DNA from: Lama guanicoe
Lineage: Eukaryota
Direction: 5' to 3'
Assembly (NCBI GenBank): GCA_013239625.1
Contig: MU054001.1
Coordinates: forward strand, 4,070,167-4,134,166
DNA length: 64,000 nucleotides
Shown here: piece by piece, positions 47,931-60,149 of the stretch
Layout of the letters: each line of letters starts with the position of its first letter
Numbering within the stretch: position 1 is the stretch's first letter
The notes under the pieces: model-generated
The model's database searches: none
The model's input: only the letters and a program-made list of their open reading frames with translations
What the model was told of the DNA's origin: nothing
Position numbers and translations under genes: made by a program

Positions 47931-49504
47931 AGTATAGAGGAAACAAAATTGGCCATGAGTGATCATTTTTTAGACTAGTTTATAAGTTCATGGGGATTCA
48001 TTAAAATACCTCCCCACTTTTGTGTGTGCTTAAATTTGTCATTAATAAAAATTTTTTTAAATCTGGGAGATGTTGAGTAATGTCACTGAAATAGAGGAGT
48101 AAAGAACTCTAAGAAGTGATCCTTCCACGGAAGCAATCATTAAAGTGGAAAAAAAAAAAGAACACCAACAGAATGAATTCTTTTAGAACTCTAGAATCTA
48201 ATAATAATTAAAGAAACTTTTGGCAGCTAATGAAGTGATTAATAAAGAAACAGACTGCTAAATTTTAATAAGAAAACGTGTAGCATTTTGCTTACTTGCC
48301 TGTCATCATCCATTGTCCAGCTCAGCAGCAACCATGATGATGGCAGCCTGCATTCCTGGTGTGGTTTTCTGGAGCTGAAGGGAGCTGGAGCTGTTCTCAA
48401 AAAGTTGTGGTGATGTATTTTGACTTGTGTGGAAGTTCCCTGAAGGACCAGCACAGAAGCTGACCTTTGTTTTGTCCCCCTCTCCTTGGAGTGGCTGTCT
48501 ATGTGGCATCTGTAGAAAGCATTACACTACTTGTAGCCACCTGAGTGGGACAGACAAGCAGTCTGTCAACTACCTGTAGACAGACAATCAGTAGACAGAC
48601 CCATAATTCTGGGAAGGAGGAGGCTAAGGAGGAGCATTCTTGGGGCAATAAGGATTTCGAAGGACTACCAGATACACCAGGAAATCTGGAGTGCAACATG
48701 CTTGCCCAGGGCTGGATACATGCTCAGAAAAGACCTGATAGGACTCTAGGCTTCCATCTTTGGCTGATCTTTGGGATCTTCGCAGGCAGGAGGTGAAAGC
48801 TATGGTAGAACTGTATATGCCTGACTTAGCATTAAAGGAGTAACCCAGCTTAGAGCCAATCTGCAAAGACCAGGAGAGTATTTTTCTTCTTTTTGGCTCC
48901 AAACATTTAGGGAAATCTCTCAGGTCACTGGCTAACCTCTGAGATAAAGGAACAGAGACTTCAGTGACTATGCATAACAAAGAATACAGTATTTGCAAAA
49001 ATAGTTTGAGGAACTCATTAAATAAACTATGGCTGCAGCCCTCAAAAATCAACAACAGCAATTCCTGGGGAGAATTCTGATTTCAAGAGTTACTATATTA
49101 TAATATTCAAAATGTCTACTTCTAACAAAAAAATTACAAGCAAAGAGACAGGAAAGTATGGCCCATTCACAGGGAGGGTGGTGGGAGGATAATGAAAGAA
49201 ACTGTGAGGAAGACAAATATTAGACTTACTAGATAAAGATTTTAAGTCAACTATTTAAAATATGTTCAATGAGCTAAAGAAAACCGTGGACAAAGAACTA
49301 AAGAAAATCAGAAGAACAATATATGAACAAAAAGAGAATATCAATAAAGAAATAGGAAATATAAAAAGGAACCAAATGGAAATTCTGGAGCTGAAAAGTA
49401 ATAGCTGAAGTGAAAAATTTACAAGAGAGATTCAACAACAGATTTGACCAAGCAGATGAAGGAATCAACACACTTGAAAACAAGGCAATCAAAATCATCC
49501 TGCC

Positions 49505-49888
49505 TACTATGGGATGAGTTGTGTCTCCCCAAAATTCATATGTTGAAACCATAACCCTTAATAGCACTGTATTTGGTGATAGGGCCTTTGGAGGTAATCA
49601 AGATTAAATGTGGTCATAAGGATGGGGCTTTAATCTGATAGAACTGATGTCTCAACAAGCAGAGGAAGAGGGGGAGAGAGACAGAGACAGAGACAGACCT
49701 CTCTCCCCACTTGTGCATGAAGAGATTATGTGAGTGTATGGTAAGAAGTCAAAGAAGAGGCCTCAGAATGAAACCTCTTTGCTAGTACCTTGATCTTGGA
49801 CTTAGCCTCCAGAACTGTGAGAAAGAAATGCCCATTATTTAAGTCACCTACCCTGTGATATTGTTATGATAGTGAACAGATTAATACA
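49505..49888 (+). mobile_element. MLT1A/B-like MaLR LTR nested in L1 ORF1
   Basis: tgtgtctccccaaaattcatatgttgaaacc...ccttgatcttggacttagcctccagaactgtgagaaa...ttaataca. Confidence 0.9.
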
Positions 49889-50159
49889 CAGTTTGAGAAA
49901 TGGGAAAAAATAAGAAAGGAAAATGAACAGAACATGAGAAAGCTGTGGTGTACCATCAAGCATACCAATATGCACATCATAAAAGTCCCAGAAGAAGAAA
50001 GAGAAAAGGGAACAGAAAGAATATTCGAAAAAATAATGTCCAAAAATTTCTCAAATCTCATGAAAGACATGAATATACACATCTAAGAAGCTCAGTGAAC
50101 TCCAAGTAGGATACAAGTCAGAGAGATCCAAAATAAGACATATTATAATCAGCAAGAAG

Positions 50160-51245
50160 ACAGGAAAAACTGTTTGAAGGAAACAGGAGAAAATCTTTAT
50201 GGTCTTAAATTTGGCAATGGTTTCTTAAAGCACGATACTAAAAGCACAGGCCACAAAAGAAAAAAATAGATAAAATAACTTCACCAAAATTAAAACTGTG
50301 TGCATCAAAAGGCACTATCAAGAGAATAAAAAACTAAACACAACCCAAAACTCAACAATAAAACAAATAACCAAATTCAAAAACAGGCGAAGGACTTGAT
50401 GTTTCTCCAAAGAAGATGCACAAATGACCATTAGCGCGTAAGAAGATGTTCAGCAACCCTAGTCACCAGGGAAAAGCAAATCAAAACCAAATACCACTTT
50501 ACGCCCACTAGGATGACTTTTTTTTTTTTTAATTTAAAAAACAGAAAACAAGAAGTGTTGCTGAGGACGTGAAGAAAATTCTCACACGTTGCTGGTGGAA
50601 ATGTAAAATGGTACAGCAATTGAGGAAAACAGTTCGGTGGCTCCTCATAAAGTTACACATAGAACTACAGTATGATCCAGTAATTTCACCTCTAGGTATT
50701 TAGGTAAAAGAATTAAAAGCAGAGACTCAAACAGATTCCTGTACATCAATATTCATAGCAACAATATTCTCAATAGCCCAAAGGTGGAAATAATCCAAGT
50801 GTCCATCATCTAATGAGTGAACAAACAAAATGTGATCTAACCATCGTATACTCAGCCAAAAGGAAGCAAAATCCTGATACATGCTGCAAAATGAATGAAC
50901 CTTCAAAACACTATGCTAAGTGAAATAAGCCAGACAAAAAGGTCAAATATTGTATGATTCTACTTAAATGAGGTATTCCCAATAGTCAAATTCATACAGA
51001 CAGAAAAAAACAGAGGTTACCAGGGGCTGGAGCAGGGGTTGGAGGAGGAATGGAGAATTATTGCTTAATGGGTACAAAGTTTCTGTTTGAAATGATGGAA
51101 AAGTTCTGAAAATAGATATTGATGATTGTTATACAATGCTGTGAATGTAGTTAATGCCCACTGAACTGTACACTTAAAAATGATTATAATGGTAAATTTT
51201 ATGTTCTACACATTTTAACACAATAAAAAATAGAAAGTCAATTAT
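50160..51245 (+). mobile_element. Separate L1MB-like 3' end nested in the L1 ORF1
   Basis: ORF2 C-terminus (aaagcaaatcaaaacc) through 3' UTR (actgaactgtacacttaaaaatg) and A-rich tail. Confidence 0.8.
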
Positions 51246-52270
51246 TAAAAAAGGAAAAATAAAGTGATTCCTAGATAAGCAAATGCTGAGGGAGATTGTC
51301 ACTAGGAGACCAGACCTACAAGGAATGCTAAAGGGAGTCCTTTAGGCTGAAATGAAAAAACACTAGTCAATAACTCAAATCCATATGAAGAAATAAGGAA
51401 TCTCCATAAATATAACTACATAAGTAAATACAAAAGCCAGTGTTATTTTACTTTTCTGTTTCTAACTCTTTCTTTTGTTTCCTATCTGATTTAAAATATA
51501 AATGCATAAAACAATAATTTAAAATCTATGTTAATAGGCACACATGTATAAATGCAAATTTGCCAATAATAACATAAAAAGAGAGGATGGAAATGTAGAG
51601 GAGCAGAGGTTTTATATGCTTTTGAAGCTAGGTTGGAGTCAATTTAAGCTAAATTCTTGTAAATTTAGGATGTTCATTGTAATCCTCATGGTGAACACAG
51701 GGGTAAATATTTATGACCTTTCATTTGGCAGTAGAGCCCTAGATATGACACCAAAAGCCCAGGCAATAAAAGAATACAATAGATAAATTGAATTTCATCA
51801 AATTTAAAGAATTTGTCCATCAAAGGAGTGTCCATCAAAACACTATCAGAAAAGGGAAAAGACAGCCCACAAAATGAGGAGAAAAGATTTGCAAATTATA
51901 TATCTGAGAAGAGATTAATATCAGGAATATACAAAGAACTCCTATAACTCAACAATAACAAAAAAATAGCTACTCAATTCAAAAATGGGCAAAGGGCCTG
52001 AACAGACATTTCTCTAAAGAAGACATATAAATGGCCAATAAGCACAGGAAAATATTTCAATATCACTAGTCATTAGGGACATGCAAATCAAAATCACATT
52101 GAGATAGTATTTCACACCCACTAGGATAGCTACATTAAAAAAAAACAGAAAATATCAAGTTTTGGTGAGGATAAGTAGAAGTTGGAACCCTCAAACTTTG
52201 CTGGTGGGAATTTAAAATGGTTCAGCCACTGAGGAAAACAGTTTGATAGCTGTTTAAAAAGTTAAACATA

Positions 52271-52447
52271 TAGCACAGGGAAATATATACAGGATCTTGT
52301 GGTGGCTCACAGCAAAAGAGAATGTGACAATGAATGTATGTATGTTCATATATAACTGAAAAATTGTGCTCTACACTAGAATTTGACACAACATTGTAAA
52401 ATGACTATAACTCAATTTAAAAAAATGTTTAAAAAATAAAAATAAAT
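52271..52447 (+). mobile_element. Young truncated L1 3' end nested in an older L1
   Basis: Perfect 15-bp TSD AAAAAGTTAAACATA at 52256-52270 and 52448-52462. Confidence 0.9.
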
Positions 52448-53689
52448 AAAAAGTTAAACATAGAATCACCATGTGACCTACCAGTTTCACTCCTAGGTAT
52501 ACACCAAAAGAACTGAAAACAGGAACTCAAACAAATACTTGTATATACATATCCATGACAGCATTATTCACAATAGCCAAAGGGTAAAAACAACCCAAAT
52601 GTCCTTTGACAGCTAAATGGATAGACAAATTATGGTGAATATATACATATATATTTATATGTGTATGTATATATATACACATATATATATACATACACAC
52701 ACAATATTACTCAGCCACCAAAAGGAATGAAGCACTGACACGTGCCACAACATGGATGAACCTTGAAAATATCATGTTAAGTGGCAGAAGCCAGACACAA
52801 AAGGGCTCATATGTATATTTCCATTTATACGAAATATCCAGAATAGGTAAGTCCCTAGAGGCAGAAAGCTGACTGGTTGTTTCTAAGAACTAGGGGAAAG
52901 AGAGAATAGAAGTTGTTGTTTAAGGGGTACAGAGGTTCCAATTAGGAAGATGAACAATTTTTGTAGCTGGATGGTGATGATGGTTGTACAAGATTGGGAA
53001 TGTACTAAATTCTACTGAATTGTTCGCTTTAAAATGGTTAGTTTATGTTATGTAAATTTCACTTAACAAAAATCCTCAGAGACAGGTTTTGTTATTCTTT
53101 ATTTACTGGTGAAAAATTTAATGCCCCGGGAGGCAAATCACTTGTTCAAGTTCACACAGGCCTTTCTTAGCAGTCAAAGTCAAGAATCGCAACTTCTGAA
53201 TCTAAGGGCGAGCCATGGATGCTCCAACCTCAGGAGAGGTGACAGTAAAACTGGGAGAATGGGAGAGAGTGAAACACAATTTGTAGACGCCACCTAGGCC
53301 TGGATTTTATAGGCTTGGTAGGTTGTTTGGTTTGGGGTTTTGTTTTTTTTTAAAAGATTTTCCAAGGGCACACGCGTATTTCTTGTGCAGGAGCCAAAGT
53401 ATTGAATGAATTTAATAAACTTAGCCATAAACCCCAGCAACGGCTCCCAAAGGAGCTAGCAGGCCACCAGCATGGGGGATCTCATGCACTGCGGCAAAGT
53501 CACTCCCCGCCACTCCCAAGCCCCACCACCCACATCTTCCTCAGGTTATTGTCACTATGGGGACCATAAAGTCAGTATTTTATAGCATAGCCTTTTTTTT
53601 TTCCCTACATCAGTCACTGCCCTATATTTTTGCTGTTTGTGATCAGACTATTAAGAGGTTTAAAGTTTTTCATGTTCACTGGAATATTT

Positions 53690-54565
53690 TCATTTTTAAG
53701 TTTTTTGAAGATATGTTTGAAATATACTGGAAAATAGACCAGGAAAATGAACATTCATAAACTTCCCTCTGTATTTAACATATTTGCTTCATCCATATTT
53801 TTGTTTTTGTGGAACCATTTGAAAGTAAATTACAGACATCATGACAGTAATACTTCAGCATACACTGTCAAAAAATGAAGTTAGTTTCCCACAATACCAT
53901 TATCTAGTCTAATAAAATTGATAATAATTCCCTAGGAGCATCTAATAACCAGTCCATACTCAAATCCTCATTTGTTCCAAAAACGTCTATTATGGTTGCT
54001 TAAACTTGGACCCAGTCAAAGACCATACTTGTCTCTTTGGTCTCTTTTTAGTCTCGAAAATCCTCTTAATGTTGTTTTTCCCCCCGACATTGACTTTGTT
54101 CAAGAAATTAAACGTTTTATCTAAAGGAATATGGTACATTCTGTATTCATCTACTTGATCGTTTCCTTGTGATATCATTTAATTTGTCCCTCTGACCTCT
54201 ACATTTTCTATAAATCAGAGTTAGGGCCAAAAAGTCGGTTAGAGGCAGGTTCAGCGTCATTGGCAAGAACACCTCAAAGGTGAAACTATGTGCTTCCTCA
54301 TGGCATCTGATCAGGAGGCCCGGTACAGCAGAATTTCCACACTAGTGATGCTCAGTTTGATTTCCGGGTAAGGTGGCAACAGACAGATCTTGCTAATAGA
54401 GAATTACATATTTCCTTTTGCAAGTAAACTCTAGGTTTCTTACCCTGACATTGTGCAAAACTCCAGTTCTCAGTCAACTTTTTACCTCCTGCTTCCAATA
54501 TGCGTTGATGATCTTTGCCGAAATCGATTATTTCACTGACAGTTGCAAAATGACCATTTTCTGAG
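53690..54565 (-). mobile_element. L1MC4/5-like 3' end
   Basis: gaaccatttgaaagtaaattacagacatcatgaca...ataataattccct...ttggcaagaacacctca...ccactagtgatgctcagtttgat. Confidence 0.75.
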
Positions 54566-54869
54566 AGTCTTACTCCTCATTTATTGTTCCATAAAGAGGA
54601 ACTTTCTCTCCTCTACTGGCGCTATTTGGCCACACTGAATTGCAGGATAATCGTTCAAATGTAGTCAGTAATTTTGACAGAAAATCCAGAAACAGAAATG
54701 AGACACCAGCAGTGCTTAGTGGGCAGAGCCAGAACTGACACTGATGAGGTGGTGGGGAGCGTGTGGGAGCTGGGTGCACCCCAAGCCCTCCAGCATCTTC
54801 ATCTGTTTAGTAGACATCTACAGCTGCTGGGGAACTGGTAGATGGAACAATGGTCAAAGCCACAAAACG

Positions 54870-55700
54870 TCAGAATGAGCCACTGGTTTCCCTTTCTTTC
54901 TCTTTTGTTTAATGTTTCACGGATTGATTTATTCACTATTGAATCATTTGGCTGCACTTTAAACTCCTTCAATCGTTTTCAGAACTTGTGGGGGCGGGGA
55001 CTTTTGATTTCTCTCAATTCTACTCTCATGCAACATTTTAAAAATGCACTTCTCAGTCTCTTTGTTCAGCTTTAATATTTTTAATTTCAAAATCACTTTC
55101 AGGCAGTCTTGGCTGCCCCAATGGCTCCACGATGTTGTCATAAATTTTTAAATTTGTCTCTAGTGCTAAGTGAAATGCCCAAAATGAATGATCAAAATGC
55201 ACATTTTCCTTAATAACTTTGTTTGCACCCAAAGGTGATTTTTTTTTTACAACTTTGTAAAACTTATTTCAGGGACTACTATCTGCAATCTATTTTTGCA
55301 TTTAAATTTTTAAAATGCATTTACATCCAAGACTGCTTACTTTATATATTCAGCCATACTTCGCACATTTTTATTGCATCTTGACTTTGGATTTAAGTAG
55401 TTTTCATAAAGAAAAACGAAACTTCCAACAGCGACAAGGCCATGAACAATTTCTTTTACTGGCTATTCCTGAAAACAACATTAAGATTTTACATGTTATC
55501 TTAAGATTGGAATGTGAAATAAAGAGGTGAGAAATCATTGCATAAATCATTTCCAAGTTCAGTGTTCCGCTCGTCAGAGGCGTGGCTGTAGCTCCCACCC
55601 TGTGCCTGTTCCTTACTTTCGGATGGTGCTGTGACTTCAGTTGGACAAATCATTGTCAGAAAAGCGCTGAGTCCCTTGTTTGGCTATGCTTTGTTTCAAG
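54870..55700. promoter_or_regulatory. Candidate conserved enhancer (HOX/PBX/MEIS motifs)
   Basis: AT-rich, repeat-free; TGATTTAT 54925, TGTCATAAA 55136, CATAAATCA 55541. Confidence 0.55.
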
Positions 55701-56410
55701 TAGCAAAGTCACTAGTAAAAGGTGAAAAAAGAGAACTCAAAATGGGAACTTACTAAGGGTATACTGCAGCACCCGGGGAGGCCTGCAGCAGCCTTCCTGG
55801 TCCTCCAATTTGAGTCAGCTATTTACATGGGGTCAGGGTAAGGGCTGAAGGCCACTCTAGGAGAGGGCCAGAATCCAGGATCAGACATACTCAGCCTGTT
55901 AACAGGCTGAGGGGGTTGTGGCAAATACCAAATACGGACGAAAGAAGTCTCTCCCTCCCTCTCTCTCTCTTCCTCTCTTTCAATCCTCCCTACCCAGATT
56001 CTAAACGTCCTTCCTATTTTGAAAGAGCATCCGTTGTTCCTGGAGTCTGGCCTTTACTCAGAAGACCGAGACACCCAACATCCTTCCCTTCCATTCTTCT
56101 TGGGCTTAAGTTCGCCATCTCCTGTGTCTGTTGCATGAAACCAGAACCCAGGCTGAACTGGGGCTCCGAAATACTAATCCTCCTAAAGGAAGAAAAGTCT
56201 GATGTTATGACAAACTTGGCAACTGGGCCTGAGAGTGGGAGAGGAATAATGGTTCCTGGCCCACTGGCTCTTATTCAAGCTCCTTCCAAGCCAGTGATCA
56301 TGGCAACAAGAGCCAAGACACCCAGCGCTTGAGCAACTTGCTGTGGGCTCCCTCCAACTCGGGCCAGGGCCACTCCCCTACCCATTTCCTGTGGAACCTG
56401 AGCACAGCAG

Positions 56411-56426
56411 CTCACCAGGTGGCAGC
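56411..56426 (+). promoter_or_regulatory. CTCF-like motif
   Basis: CTCACCAGGTGGCAGC is close to the CCACCAGGTGGCAGC core. Confidence 0.45.
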
Positions 56427-56484
56427 CTAAGGACAGCCAGAGAAGGGTGGCCTGGATCAGCCCCAGATAGTGGCCTAAAGACAT

Positions 56485-56832
56485 ATGGAAAAAAAAAAAA
56501 AAGACAAACCAACTTATTGACAAAACAGAAACAGACTCAGACATAGAAAACAAACTTTTGGTTATGGGGTGAGGGAAGAGGGTGTGGAGGGATAAATTGA
56601 GAGTTCAAGAATTTGAAGATACAAACTACTATATATAAAATAGATGAACAACAAGTTTATACTATATAGCACAGGGAACCATATTTAGTATCTTGTAGTA
56701 ACTTATGGTTTAAAAGATTGTAAAAAAGAATCCATGTATGTTACTATATGACTGAAGTATTATGCTGTACACCAGAAATGGACACAACATTGTAAATTTC
56801 AATAAAAATATATATACAAAAAATAAATAAAA
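56485..56832 (+). mobile_element. 5'-truncated cetartiodactyl-type L1 3' end
   Basis: caaaacagaaacagactcagacatagaaaacaaact...tagcacagggaaccatat...acacaacattgtaaat plus A-rich tail. Confidence 0.9.
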
Positions 56833-56999
56833 GGCACACAATACATGGAGGGCAGCTGCCTGAGCAGAACAGTGAGAGTGTGGCTTTCATGGAGGCCCCA
56901 GAAGAGGCAGAAGTGGTGGCCAGAGGCCATGGCATAGGAAGCCTGGAGCAAGGAGGCCGTGCGAGAGAAGCATCAAGGAGAGAGGCTCTTAAGACAGCC

Positions 57000-57205
57000 T
57001 TCATGGAGTTTAGCATCAGCACTGCCACATCCCTGTTGTATATCTTTGAGCGAGTAACTTCCCCCCTCTATGTCTCCATTTCCTCCTGTGTAAAATGGGA
57101 TGCTATTAAGGGTTCCTACTTCAAAGGGTGGTTGTAGGGATTAAATCAACTCATTCTTGTACCACGTAGTAATAGCAAGTACTCAGTAAACGTTGTCATT
57201 ATTAG
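57000..57205 (+). mobile_element. MIR SINE
   Basis: ctctatgtctccatttcctcctgtgtaaaatggga...ggttgtagggattaaat...actcagtaaacgtt. Confidence 0.75.
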
Positions 57206-57394
57206 TGACTGACAAGTGCACTGTCTTAGTATCCATAGTTCTGTGGAGGAAGGTGGGAAGAGGGGAGCTGTCCAATCAGAAAAAGTCCACTAGACACGTT
57301 AGGGTGACCTCATTTGAACCCACAGGCTGGTGAGGCTGAAGGATATTCAGAACACCTGAAAGCTCAGCTGGTTACCAGCCCTAATGCAGCCACA

Positions 57395-57739
57395 AGCAAA
57401 CTGGATTCTCATGCACTGGGATGGGAATATAAGTTGTCGGGCAGTATCTACCTAGAGCTAAACATTTGCTCCTCTAAGACTCTGCTCTTCTATGCCTACA
57501 TATGTACCCAATAGAAATTCATGCATGTGGCCACCAAAAGACCCAGGCAAGAATGTTCATAGATGCATTATGTAAAATAGCCCCAAAAAAGGAAAACTAC
57601 CTAAATGCCCAGCAACAGTAGAATGGATAAAGTAAATTGTGACATATATATATAAATAAAATATATATACACACGTACAGTATATATGTACATAATGGGG
57701 ATGAGATATATATATGTATATATATGATATGTATTTCAT

Positions 57740-57773
<34 letters not shown>

Positions 57774-58130
57774 ATTCTTCTTCAGCAAAGAGAATAAGCA
57801 AATAAATACACCCAACCAACAACATGGATGAATCTCAAACACGATATTGCTCAAAAGACACCAAACACAAAAGAATGCTCACTGATGATTCCATTTGTAA
57901 AAAGTTCAAGTTCATAACCAAGCAAACCTAAGTTATGCTCTTAGAAGCCAGTGGAGTGAAAGGTATCTGGGAAGGGACATGAAAGGAGTTTCTGGGGTAC
58001 TGGTGAAACTCTCTTTCTTGATCTAAGTGCTAATGGGTTTGTTCACTTTGTAAAAATTTATCATACTCAAATGATTTGTGTGTTTTTCTCTAGGTATATT
58101 ACAAGTCAATAAAGCATTACTTTCTTAAAA
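57395..58130 (+). mobile_element. L1ME-like 3' end containing a (TA)n tract (57643-57770)
   Basis: aagaatgttcatag...aatagcccc...aacagtagaatggataaa...aacatggatgaatctcaaac. Confidence 0.8.
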
Positions 58131-58619
58131 ATGGATGGAAACCATCGCTTTTAATTATTTCATGTTCAAGTAACCTACTTGCTTCTCCTCATTAAACGCT
58201 AGGCACAGCACTAACCACAGAGGTCCAAGGTGGTCCAGACACAACCTCGCTCCTCAACACGGCACGTGTGATTGAGCCTCTGCCCTTTCTGGCCCAAGGC
58301 CCTCCCTCATGGCTGGCCTAGGTCTCAGGTTTCTGATGCCACCAAGGAATTTTCCAGCGTGGGCCTGAGTATCAGAACTGCCAGAGCTGGCTCCTCAGCC
58401 AGAAACGTCCCTGTCTCCACTGGGCACGTCGGAGCCAAGTGTGCTATCAGCTCCTTCCCCTTCTTGCTCTGCGCCCTCCCACCTCCTATTTGTGTGTGCC
58501 AGATGCTGTGCTAAGCACTCTTCATGTATGAGCCCCAGCTCAAGCTTCCTGGACCTTCCTCTGCCGGGCCCAGCCTTCCCCACAGAACATCAGTGAGAGG
58601 GATTAGAGTGGAATTCGAC

Positions 58620-58830
58620 TTGGCATTGAACAGATGTGGTTTTGTGTGCTGGCTCTAACTTGTTCTAGCTGTGTGACCTTAGGCAAGTCACTCCACCTGT
58701 CTGAGCCTTAGTTTCCTCACCTGGAAAAGGAAATTCTGGTCATACCCACTTCACAGGGTCGTTGGGATTACCAAAGGGGCTAACACATGTAAAGTGCTTA
58801 GCACAGCACCTGGCAACCAGTAATTGGCAG
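58620..58830 (+). mobile_element. MIR SINE
   Basis: tagctgtgtgaccttaggcaagtcactccacctgtctgagccttagtttcctcacctg. Confidence 0.85.
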
Positions 58831-59125
58831 TGACAATGGTTCAAATGATCCAGGGATATATTAACTTAAATTTCTCAGCCAACAGATGTGAACAGCCCAA
58901 ACCTCACAGTGAAAGAAAGTCGCAGCCAGAGAATGAGGGCAGGAGAGGCAGCCAGAGGCTGAGGGCAGAGGCATGGACCCCCTTGGCACCTCCTTGTCCT
59001 CCGAATCAATGACTTGGAGAATTATATTAGCAGGACGTGGGCATTACTGACAGGAGAATGGACTGTAGCCAATCTGAGAGCAACTGGAGGCATTCAGCAA
59101 CATCAGGCCTGCTTATGACCCGGTG

Positions 59126-59323
59126 CAGGAGTCTGCAGACCTGCAGGCCAAACCTGGCCAGCCCCTGTTTCTGTAGATAAAGATTTATTAAAACATAGCC
59201 ATGCACATTCATTTACGTATGACCTATGGCTGCTTTAGTGTTGCAACAGCGGAGTTGGGTAATTGCAACAAAGCCAAAAATATTAACTATCTCACTCTTT
59301 ATGGAAAGTTGGCCAGCCCCTGA
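59126..59323. mobile_element. MER58A-like hAT-Charlie MITE
   Basis: cagg...ggccaaacctggcc...cattcatttacgtatgacctatggctgcttt...aaaatattaactatct...aaagttggccagcccctg. Confidence 0.85.
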
Positions 59324-59429
59324 CCTAGGACCCAGGGACCCCACTCCTGGGGGCAGAAATCCTGCCGCTGGTCTGCGAGGGATGCTCACTGCCACTTTGA
59401 CAATTAGGTGTCCACCTCCAGGGAATCAA

Positions 59430-60125
59430 AAAGTAAAATGTAGGCAATACACTTTATGGAACACAATTAAAAACAAGGAAACAGATGCACATACAGCAGT
59501 ATGGGTGGGTCTCAAAAATACTGGGCTAAGTGATAGAAAACAAAAAATGAGAAATAGAATAATAAAAATAGCTAGCACTTTCTGAGCATTTAACACAGGC
59601 CAGGTAGTGATCTGAGTGTTTTTTTAAATATTACCTCATTTAACCCTCCAGACAGGTCCACAATGTGGAAACAAATATATCATCCCATTTCACAGATGGA
59701 GACACCGAGGTACCAAATGGCTAAGTAGCAGCTACGAAGTGACAAAGCTGGCGTTTTGAAGTCAGGCAGTTTGAGCCCAGAGCCTGAACTCTTGACTGCT
59801 TCATGGTATAGAACATAATACTTCTCTACATATTAAAATCACATATGTTAGAATGGTACATTTTATGTTATGTGTATTTTACCACACTAAAAAAAGAAAC
59901 ACACATCAATGTAAAAAGCAGCATCATGTATTTAAGGGTATTTACCCAACATGTGGGAAAGCTGCCTCCATGCTGGCAGAATCGGGGGTGGGGGGCAGGG
60001 ATGAAAGATGGGGTGTAAAACACATGCAAGCAATAGTAGCCTGCTACGACCTGAGCAGGGTGATAAACTCCATTCTGCTCACTTAAGAGCCATACTTTTT
60101 TCAGCTTTAAAATGTTTAAAGAGAA
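59430..60125 (+). mobile_element. Old L1 3' fragments split by a minus-strand MIR (~59560-59810)
   Basis: acagcagtatgggtgggtctcaaaaatactgggctaagtga; MIR cccatttcacagatggagacaccgagg. Confidence 0.6.
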
Positions 60126-60149
60126 TTCCAGAGCTCCAAGTCCAGTGTG

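Larger units (their letters stand above)
48070..53070 (+). mobile_element. Composite old L1 (L1M/L1MB-like): 5' region, ORF1, inter-ORF and 3' end, with nested insertions
   Basis: ORF1-like aaccaaatggaaattctggagctgaaaagt (49370) and gataagcaaatgctgagggagattgtcactaggagacc (51273); ORF2 C-terminus and 3' UTR at 51693-53070. Confidence 0.8.
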
